Shown: one piece after another, positions 57,011-64,000 of the stretch | Layout of the letters: each line of letters starts with the position of its first letter | Position numbering within the stretch: the stretch's first letter is position 1 | DNA from: an uncultured Actinomycetota bacterium | GTDB taxonomy: Bacteria; Actinomycetota; Actinomycetes; Mycobacteriales; Mycobacteriaceae | Assembly: GCA_963796035.1 (NCBI GenBank) | Contig: CAWCJU010000004.1 | Location: forward strand, 535,029 to 599,028 | Direction: 5' to 3' | Length of the DNA stretch: 64,000 nucleotides | Made by a program: the position numbers and the translations under genes | The notes under the pieces: generated by a model | Databases searched by the model: none | What the model was told of the DNA's origin: nothing | Seen by the model: only the letters and a program-made list of their open reading frames with translations

Positions 57011-58269
57011 GTGGCATCGGCAAGACGGGTAGTCGTCGAGGCCCCGAGGTCTCGGCTGGTCGCCGCGGATATCCGGCCATGACTCACCGCACGCATAAAC
57101 GTTGTGAGTGCACGGGTCGTGAGACGGTCTGGGATCATCGCCGCCGGCCTCAGCACGGCCTCACTGCGGGCCACTTGCAGCGTGGTCACGAAAGACACGG
57201 CCCTGACCTTGCGTCGCCTGGTGTTCTCGTACCAGCGCAGCGCGCCCGACAGATCACGGCTGCCGCAGTGCCCTTTCCAACCTCTTTGGAGATCCGAAAG
57301 CGCTCTGCGCAAGACCATCGTGTCGAGCAGCGCTTGATTGGTTCCTTGCGCCAGGGTGGGCGGCATCGTGTGTGCGGCATCACCGAGCAACGTCACCACG
57401 CCTTGCCCGGACGCGGGGATCGGATGCCGAAAATGCGGGAACGGCGACCGGGCCAGGTCCTCGTCGGTCAGCGTCGCCAGCACTCGGTCGACCGAGTCGG
57501 ACCATCCATTGAAGTGCGACCGGATCATCTCGATCGGACGCTCGGGTCTGACGTAGTCGGGCGACCATGGCAAGTCGAACCACCACTGCACATCCGAACC
57601 TCCGGCCGGCCACAGGCCGAGGTTTCCGCGCTCGCCGATGATCATTTGCGCGACGTCCTTGTCGGCGATGCGGGGAAGGGTGATCAGCCCCTGCCAGCTG
57701 CACCAGCCGGTCGGCTGCGCGGGTGGCGCGCCAACGATGTCCCGAACCACCGAGTGCAGGCCGTCCGCACCGATCAGCAGATCTCCGTCGGCCCGGCCGC
57801 CGTCTTCGAAATCGAGGCGGACCCCGTTGTGGGTAGCGACGGCCCCGACCGCACGGGCATTGCAGCGGATGCGCTCGGTCGGAAAGCCTTCCAGCAGCCT
57901 CTCCAGCACGACTCGACGGGGGACCATCCGAACTGGCGCGCCCAGTCCGTCCGCAATCGCTGCCAGGTCGACCGTGGTGACCGGACGACCCCCTGCCGTC
58001 ACGACCCGCAGGGTGGAAAGCAGCTGACCGGCCCCATCCATATCGACCCCCAGCTGGTCGAGAACCGTTGCGCCGTTGGACCAGATGGTGACGGCTCCGC
58101 CGGCCGCCTCCACGTCCGACCGCTGCTCGAAGACGGTGACGTCATGTCCATCACGCAATAACCCGCTGGCAATGGAAACGCCGCCCACGCCGGCGCCGAC
58201 GACGAGGACCCGAAGCGACCGAGTCGATCGCGCGATCGGCACGTACCGGTGCTTCAAGTGACAGCTCAC
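57007..58269 (-). CDS. FAD-dependent monooxygenase (aromatic hydroxylase type)
   Basis: VVGAGVGG, LIGADGLHSVVR, LLGDAAHTMPPTLAQGTNQA. Confidence 0.9.
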   Translation of the reverse strand: MSCHLKHRYVPIARSTRSLRVLVVGAGVGGVSIASGLLRDGHDVTVFEQRSDVEAAGGAVTIWSNGATVLDQLGVDMDGAGQLLSTLRVVTAGGRPVTTVDLAAIADGLGAPVRMVPRRVVLERLLEGFPTERIRCNARAVGAVATHNGVRLDFEDGGRADGDLLIGADGLHSVVRDIVGAPPAQPTGWCSWQGLITLPRIADKDVAQMIIGERGNLGLWPAGGSDVQWWFDLPWSPDYVRPERPIEMIRSHFNGWSDSVDRVLATLTDEDLARSPFPHFRHPIPASGQGVVTLLGDAAHTMPPTLAQGTNQALLDTMVLRRALSDLQRGWKGHCGSRDLSGALRWYENTRRRKVRAVSFVTTLQVARSEAVLRPAAMIPDRLTTRALTTFMRAVSHGRISAATSRDLGASTTTRLADAT

Positions 58270-58291
58270 GTCAGCTCTCTTTCACGCGGTA

Positions 58292-59332
58292 TCAGCCCGA
58301 ATTCGCCAGTGCGGCCAATACCGCTTGAGTGGACGTGCGGCTTCCGACGGTGAGCCGGGCAGCGCCGTCAGGGTAGTAGCGGGCCTTCAGCGCGGTGTCG
58401 CCGAATACCTCCCGCCAGGGTCGCCCGACGGCCGGTAGATAAACGAAGTTGGCATGCCCGTCGGTGGTGTACACGCCCATTGCCCGCAGGCGCCGGGACA
58501 GGTAATCCCGCTCGCCGGTGATTCGCAGAATGCGTTGCCGCAACTGGTCTTCGGCATCGTAGGACGCTGCGACCGCCGCCAAGCTGGTAATGCTCATGCC
58601 AAACGGCAATTGCATCCCCCACAGTATGGTGGCCAGTTCTGGTGAGGCGAAGCCGTAGCCGATACGAAGTCCGGCCAACCCATAGGCCTTCGAGAATGTC
58701 CGCAATACAACGACATTCGGAAAACGTCCGACCAGATCCGGTCCGTCGATGCGGTGCTGGGGCGCGACAAACTCGATGTAGGCCTCGTCGAGTAACACGA
58801 CCGTGTCGTCTGGTACCCGCCGCAGGAATCGCTGCACATCCGCGACAGGTTCCAGGGTGCCGGTGGGATTGTGCGGCCGACACAGGACGACCACGCCGGC
58901 GCCCGCCGCCGCATCGGCCATTGCCTCCAAGTCGTGGTGACCGTGCTCGTCGAGCCCAACGGTGACCGATTCCAGGCGGGCCATCTGGGCGAAGATCGGA
59001 TATCCGTCGAAAGTCGGCTCGCTCAGCACAATGCGGTCACCGGGCCGCGTCACCGCGTGCAGGACCTGCATCACCACTCCACTCGCACCCGCTCCCAGCA
59101 CGACCTGCTGTTCGCAGACCCCGATGTGGCCCGCGATCAAGCGGCGCAACCGTTCGGGCAGGAATTCCGGATACCGGTTTGCGACATCGATCGATCGGAT
59201 CAGTGCCGACCTCACTGCCGGCAGCGGTGGAAACGGGTTTTCGTTGAGCGACAACGCGAATGGATCGGTCGCGCTGGGCAGGGCGTCGAGGATCTCCGTG
59301 GCGACGGGACTTGCCTGAAGTTTCGGTAACAT
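58292..59332 (-). CDS. PLP-dependent aromatic amino acid aminotransferase (HisC/Pat-like)
   Basis: LSLNENP, NRYP, PHNPTG, LDEAYIEF, RTFSKAYGLAGLRIGY. Confidence 0.92.
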   Translation of the reverse strand: MLPKLQASPVATEILDALPSATDPFALSLNENPFPPLPAVRSALIRSIDVANRYPEFLPERLRRLIAGHIGVCEQQVVLGAGASGVVMQVLHAVTRPGDRIVLSEPTFDGYPIFAQMARLESVTVGLDEHGHHDLEAMADAAAGAGVVVLCRPHNPTGTLEPVADVQRFLRRVPDDTVVLLDEAYIEFVAPQHRIDGPDLVGRFPNVVVLRTFSKAYGLAGLRIGYGFASPELATILWGMQLPFGMSITSLAAVAASYDAEDQLRQRILRITGERDYLSRRLRAMGVYTTDGHANFVYLPAVGRPWREVFGDTALKARYYPDGAARLTVGSRTSTQAVLAALANSG

Positions 59333-60351
59333 CAGCGTGCTCCGCCCCAGCGGAACGCCGCCGCACCCGCGAAGTCGCCGGCGTGCGCGAAGGCGGCCAT
59401 CATCACGACGTCACCTGTGTTGACCCGACGGTCGGATATCGCACGGTCGAGGTTGATCGGGATCCCCGCCCCGAACAGGTTGCCGTATTCATCGAACGTG
59501 TCGAGATGCCTGGTTTCGGGTACCTCGAGCGCTTCGCGCCAGTTGCGCAGGAACACCCGGTTCGGCTGATTGGTGACCAGCAGGTCGATGTCTTTGGACG
59601 ACAGGCCGATTCGATCGCAGACGGCTAGCGCCACTTCGGGGACCTGCCGATTGCCCCGAGCGAGTACCTTGGCGATTTTGGTCTCGGTGAACCCGATGCA
59701 TCCCTCACCGGGGCCGGGCTGCCACCATTTGCGGGGCGGGTCGATGGCGAGCGTCATATCGCCGGCGTATTCGCCGTAGGTGCGGCACTCGATGTCGAGA
59801 ATCGGTGATTCGTCTGAGACGGTGACCAATCCGACGGCGGCGCCATCGCCGGGCACCGACGACTGCGCCTTGCGCCGCACGCCGGGCTGATCGAAGATCT
59901 GGCCGGCGGCGTTCTGGGCGATCGCGATCAGCGCCGTGCTGCCCTGCCCCGTGGCAAGCAGCTGACGGGCGACTTTGAGCGCCAGCACGAACGCTGCGCA
60001 ACCGCCATTGTGCAGATCCAGCACCCAATTGGGCCGCATGCCCAGGCGGTGCGCGATGCCGCCGCCGCCGCCGTAGAACGGCATGTCGGGCATTTGGGCG
60101 TGGGTGATCAGCACGTCGACGTTCGCAATGACGTCTTGGCCGTGTCGTTCGATCAGGCCGTGTGCGGCTCGCTCGATCATGTCGATCGTGGTTTCGTCCG
60201 GCCCGACATGATGACGGAACTGTGGTGCGCGAAACATCAGGTTGGCCGCGAGGTCGTCCGACCCGGCGAAGTTCGCGTAGTAACCGGCGCCGATGGGTTC
60301 GCCGGGCAGATACGTGGAGACGTCGGTCAGGCTGACAATGGGCTCGTTCAT
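59332..60351 (-). CDS. 3-oxoacyl-ACP synthase III (FabH-like) family enzyme
   Basis: HNGGCAAF (catalytic Cys), PGDGAA, TNQPN, YGNLFGAG; start MNEPIV overlaps the upstream stop (ATGA). Confidence 0.9.
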   Translation of the reverse strand: MNEPIVSLTDVSTYLPGEPIGAGYYANFAGSDDLAANLMFRAPQFRHHVGPDETTIDMIERAAHGLIERHGQDVIANVDVLITHAQMPDMPFYGGGGGIAHRLGMRPNWVLDLHNGGCAAFVLALKVARQLLATGQGSTALIAIAQNAAGQIFDQPGVRRKAQSSVPGDGAAVGLVTVSDESPILDIECRTYGEYAGDMTLAIDPPRKWWQPGPGEGCIGFTETKIAKVLARGNRQVPEVALAVCDRIGLSSKDIDLLVTNQPNRVFLRNWREALEVPETRHLDTFDEYGNLFGAGIPINLDRAISDRRVNTGDVVMMAAFAHAGDFAGAAAFRWGGAR

Positions 60352-61019
60352 GATGTACTCATCCATTCGGGCTTGATCGGCAGTCCGTTGCGGTGGCGGT
60401 ATTCGGCGATTGTCTTGAGGTTGTTGAGCTCCAGCCCATGACCGGCACCGAACATGTCCCAGAAGTCGCCCACCCAGCCCGTGCGCTCTGCCGGTGCGGC
60501 GTCGGGATACGGGTTGTCGTCGTAGAACGGGTGACGGCAATTGGTCCACAACACGACGGAACCGGGCTTGTCGAGCAGCACCTGCGCGTCCAGGACCCGC
60601 ATCAGGTAGATCATCCACAAGTGCTTGCCCTGGTCCCAGGCGCAGTGGTAGTCGACGGTACGAGCCTGCGCATTGGCCACGGTGCGGGTGTAGATCTTGG
60701 TGTCCGGCAGCAACCGGTCGTAGGCCAACCAGAGTCCGGATTCCTCAGTGGGGGTGAAGTCTCGCAGGGTATAGGTCCACTCCTCGAGGCTGCGGGAGTC
60801 GGCCAGGTATTCGAACAGCTCGTCGGGCGGGCAGTCGACGTAGTCGTTTACCGTGCAGTACTGGCCGAAGACCTCGTCGTGCGGGTACACCGAGCGCATC
60901 TTGGCCATGAACATCGGGGCGGTCTGTTCCAAGGGCGAGGTCTCGATCCGCACCACTCCCTCGATCGGGCCCGTGGTGCCGCGATGCACGGCGATATCGT
61001 CAAGCGCTGGTATGGACAT
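60348..61019 (-). CDS. SRPBCC-like cyclase/aromatase (NzsI/CqsB2-like by context)
   Basis: CPPDELFEYLAD..SLEEWT START/SRPBCC-like start, VDYHCAWDQG, ELNNLKTIAE C-terminal helix. Confidence 0.75.
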   Translation of the reverse strand: MSIPALDDIAVHRGTTGPIEGVVRIETSPLEQTAPMFMAKMRSVYPHDEVFGQYCTVNDYVDCPPDELFEYLADSRSLEEWTYTLRDFTPTEESGLWLAYDRLLPDTKIYTRTVANAQARTVDYHCAWDQGKHLWMIYLMRVLDAQVLLDKPGSVVLWTNCRHPFYDDNPYPDAAPAERTGWVGDFWDMFGAGHGLELNNLKTIAEYRHRNGLPIKPEWMSTS

Positions 61020-62757
61020 GGGTTCTGCTCTCCTTTGGAGTTGTAATCTGGTTTTCGACAATGCTTTTGGTGGACTTGCCGTTCAGGAATGCCGCGAATG
61101 GCGGGATTTCGTCTGCGGAGCACTCGACGGTGACCACGGACGGACCGTCGACGGCCATTGCTCGTTCCAGCGCTGCGGGTAGTGCGTCGATGTCGGCCAC
61201 GTCGACCGAACACAGCCCGGGGAACATGCCCGCCAGACCGGCCCCCAGCTGGCTGGGAGCGAACCGGTTGTAGCTGTACAGGTCGTCGTAGAACAACTGC
61301 TCGCGGGTCACGCACATGGCGTGGGCATTGTTGTTGAACAGTACGAAAGTCACCGGAAGCCGGTACTGCACAGCGGTGTGCACCTCCATGCCGTGCATGA
61401 AGAATGCACCGTCCCCGGCGATCACCACGGTGCGCCGGCTAAGCCCGTTGCGCATCGCGCGGCCGAAGGCCATCCCGATACCGGCACCGAAGCTGTAGCC
61501 CATGCCGCCCATGCCGAGTGCAACCGCGAACCGACCGTCCCGGCGAACAGGGAGGAGATGGATTGCGGCTGCACCGGTGTTGCCGGCGTCGACGACGATG
61601 TCGGTTCCGTCGGGCAACACGCGATCGAGCACGACCATGGCATCGCGGTAGCGCACGCCCTTACCGGAGAACAGTGGTGGACAGAGTTCGGTGTCTGCAA
61701 CGAAATCGGGCACCCGCAGGCCCGTTGGCCGCCCTCGCCCGGACAACGCCCGGGTCAGCAACGTCAGGGATCTCCGCAGGTCTTCGGTGTGCACGTGCGT
61801 GCACGGGAGGTATGGGGGTGCCGATCCGATTGAGACCGTCCGCACCGCTGCGAGCGCGTCGTCGAGGCCGGTGCGGGCGGTCACCGACAGTCGGGTGCCG
61901 ACCACGAGGCACACGGCGCTGGCTGCCACCGCGTCGGCCACAGCGGGGTGGCCCATTACACCGGTCACCCCGAGCGCTGAGGACGAACCGGAACCTGGCG
62001 TTCCGGCAACATCTTTGGCGTCGGGCACACATGCTACCTGCGCGCGCAGCACGGCCCGTAGCTCCTCGAGCTCGGACCGAGCGTCATCACGAGCCACCTG
62101 CTCGCCGGCGATGATGGTGATAGGTCCAGCCGCTCGGCGCAGCGCACGCACAATCGCATGCGGATCACCGACGAGAGTCCCGGCGTGATCGAAGCCATGC
62201 CGACCATTACCGCCGTAACCGTTGACGCCGACCTGAGCCTGCTGAATATCCTTGGGCAGCAACAAAACTGCGGGGCCACCGGTTCGTGCCGCCGCTATAG
62301 CGCTGGGCAACGCCGCAACGATGTCGGAAGGTGTCACCATCCGCCGGCAGAAGACCGACACCGCGGAGAATAATGCCTCGGCATTCAATGAACCGTTGCG
62401 ACCACTGGTGTCTTGAAAGCTGCCCCGGCCGTCCATTGTGATCGCAGGCTGGCCCACCAGTGCCAACACCGGCACCCGGCTGGCCAATGATTCCCCAAGG
62501 CCTGGAATGAGATTGAGTGCGCCGCCGCCCGACGTCGCCGCCACCACACCCAAACCCGCGCCGCTGCGGCTGTACCCGTCGGCCATCGTGGCAGCGGAGA
62601 ACTCGTGCTTAGCCAACACCGCGGTGATGTCCGAATTGAAATATGCGGCGTCGTACAGATCCTCGATGTTGGCACCGTCGACGCCGAATATGTAGTCGCT
62701 GTCGGTTCTCGCGAGTTGCTCGACGATGTGGTCGACCACCCTGTGTTGCCTGGGCAT
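61000..62757 (-). CDS. Thiamine diphosphate-dependent enzyme (acetolactate-synthase-like acyloin synthase)
   Basis: IFGVDG, KHEFSAATMADGY, GGMGY, GDGAFFM...FNNN ThDP motif. Confidence 0.92.
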   Translation of the reverse strand: MPRQHRVVDHIVEQLARTDSDYIFGVDGANIEDLYDAAYFNSDITAVLAKHEFSAATMADGYSRSGAGLGVVAATSGGGALNLIPGLGESLASRVPVLALVGQPAITMDGRGSFQDTSGRNGSLNAEALFSAVSVFCRRMVTPSDIVAALPSAIAAARTGGPAVLLLPKDIQQAQVGVNGYGGNGRHGFDHAGTLVGDPHAIVRALRRAAGPITIIAGEQVARDDARSELEELRAVLRAQVACVPDAKDVAGTPGSGSSSALGVTGVMGHPAVADAVAASAVCLVVGTRLSVTARTGLDDALAAVRTVSIGSAPPYLPCTHVHTEDLRRSLTLLTRALSGRGRPTGLRVPDFVADTELCPPLFSGKGVRYRDAMVVLDRVLPDGTDIVVDAGNTGAAAIHLLPVRRDGRFAVALGMGGMGYSFGAGIGMAFGRAMRNGLSRRTVVIAGDGAFFMHGMEVHTAVQYRLPVTFVLFNNNAHAMCVTREQLFYDDLYSYNRFAPSQLGAGLAGMFPGLCSVDVADIDALPAALERAMAVDGPSVVTVECSADEIPPFAAFLNGKSTKSIVENQITTPKESRTHVHTSA

Positions 62758-62786
62758 CTGCTCACCTAACTTGTGATGATGCCGGT

Positions 62787-62814
62787 AACACGGCCTGCGG
62801 GTGACTTCAGTTCA
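62787..62814 (-). promoter_or_regulatory. SigL-type promoter upstream of the biosynthetic operon
   Basis: Minus strand TGAACT-N16-CGTGTT versus recalled SigL consensus TGAACC-N16-CGTGTC. Confidence 0.65.
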
Positions 62815-62828
62815 CCCGGGTTCGAAAT

Positions 62829-63569
62829 TTACAGCGAACGCTCCAACAGCACTTGGCCGTCGTCGGCTGAAACCACTTGCACAGCAGCGATTTGCTCGAC
62901 CCGTGTCGAAGTGCTGCCAATGGGGGTCGCCGCGTGGCCCGGATCCGCCACCCAGGTTGCCATTCGAATGTGGCTACCGTCGCGACCTACCATTACCATC
63001 GCCAGCGTGTCGTGATGGGCGTTCAGCGGGGCCAGGCAGACGCAGTTCATCGAGATGGACGTTCCCCATTGCTGGCTGCTGAGCGAAACCGTCGAGGCCA
63101 GCCTGTTCGTCCCGACCTGCGCCATCGGCTGAACCGGCACGCCCGCCAGCGGCGGCGTGGGCACCGATGTCGGGTAATTGCCCGCCACGCCGACGAGGAC
63201 ACCGATCGCCAGCACCGCGGCTGCGGCCGCCCCAGCCGTCCACGTCACGATGCGGGACCGGCGCCGCCGCCAGCTCACCGCGGCCAGCAGCGACGGCAGC
63301 AACTCGCCGGGCAGCAATGGTTCAACGCCACTGCGGTCGTCGATCGCCGCCAAATCGTTGCGATTCAGCTGCAACAGGAGAGCCGGCATGCCGCCGAGCT
63401 CGCCGACGGCGCTGGCGCACCACGGGCAGCCGGTCATGTGCGCTTCGAATTCGCGCCGCTCGGCGGACGACAATGATCCCAGCACGTATGCGGCATCCCA
63501 CGTCGTGAACTCGTCATGCCCGGATTCCTCACCGCCACACGGCGTTCCGGGCAGCCATACCTGCATCAT
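62829..63569 (-). CDS. rslA: RslA-like zinc-binding membrane anti-sigma factor (extra copy)
   Basis: WDAAYVLGSLS..ERREFEAHMTGCPWC (HxxxCxxC), TM helix after WRRRRSR, CVCLAP, DGQVLLERSL closely follow Rv0736. Confidence 0.88.
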   Translation of the reverse strand: MMQVWLPGTPCGGEESGHDEFTTWDAAYVLGSLSSAERREFEAHMTGCPWCASAVGELGGMPALLLQLNRNDLAAIDDRSGVEPLLPGELLPSLLAAVSWRRRRSRIVTWTAGAAAAAVLAIGVLVGVAGNYPTSVPTPPLAGVPVQPMAQVGTNRLASTVSLSSQQWGTSISMNCVCLAPLNAHHDTLAMVMVGRDGSHIRMATWVADPGHAATPIGSTSTRVEQIAAVQVVSADDGQVLLERSL

Positions 63570-63795
63570 CGGGTAACTCCCAGCTGCCCTGGCAGGTAAG
63601 GTATTTCGACTCCGGCGGTCGTTGGGATGACCAGTAAAGCCAACATGTGTTATCCGTTTCTTAGATTGTGAGTCGCATGGCGGCGGCGAGACGCGGCGCC
63701 TTCGGTGATGTCGAGGTCGGCGGCACCGGTCTGCTCAAGTGCCCTGTCCGGCAAACTGACTAGCGGGCCGTGCTACACGGCGCTCGTCGCTGATT
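63566..63795 (-). pseudogene. Decayed remnant of sigL region 4
   Basis: Fragments ISDERRVA, AADLDITEG and terminal QLGVTR* (ATGA overlap with rslA) resemble the SigL C-terminus; interrupted by stops and frame changes. Confidence 0.55.
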
Positions 63796-63832
63796 TATGT
63801 TGCGGGGACTGTGAACAGCCCGTGCTTGTTAA

Positions 63833-63857
63833 ACGATAGAAGTGCCTGTTCGGTTCA
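63833..63857 (-). promoter_or_regulatory. SigL-type promoter upstream of the sigL remnant/rslA
   Basis: Minus strand TGAACC-N16-CGT. Confidence 0.65.
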
Positions 63858-64000
63858 CACGCGGCACCGGCCACGGTTAGCTGGGAGGCAAGGTAGGAAA
63901 CTCGTCGTCAATCACTGCCGTGGTGTCCGACCGGTCGCCAGCGGTCAGGCTGCGCCCATCCAACTGTGGAATCGGCCATCCGGGTCGTATGCCGAGCGAA

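Overview
High-GC DNA from a non-tuberculous Mycobacterium, collinear with M. tuberculosis Rv3417c-Rv3465. The core run is groEL1/groES (with CIRCE), tsaD-rimI-tsaB-tsaE, alr, gadB, nnr, glmS, glmM, rpsI/rplM, the ESX-4 type VII secretion locus, two cutinases, truA, the alpha ribosomal operon (infA-rpmJ-rpsM-rpsK-rpsD-rpoA-rplQ) and rmlB/rmlC. Many genes at about 3-7.4 kb and 17-37.5 kb, including essential ones, carry single-base frameshifts that are most likely assembly errors. Accessory content: (i) a receiver/TrxB-like fusion plus a cNMP-domain histidine kinase; (ii) three tandem OafA-type acyltransferases; (iii) an operon of ECF sigma, Rieske-fused putative anti-sigma, cupredoxin and Tat metallophosphoesterase, with a repeated promoter motif; (iv) the most interesting element, a six-gene biosynthetic cluster (ThDP acyloin synthase, SRPBCC cyclase, KAS III, aromatic aminotransferase, FAD monooxygenase, O-methyltransferase). 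Cluster iv matches the architecture of Streptomyces carbazole alkaloid clusters and is preceded by SigL-type promoters, an extra rslA-like anti-sigma gene and a decayed sigL remnant. All calls come from reading the sequence and recalling protein families; no searches were run.
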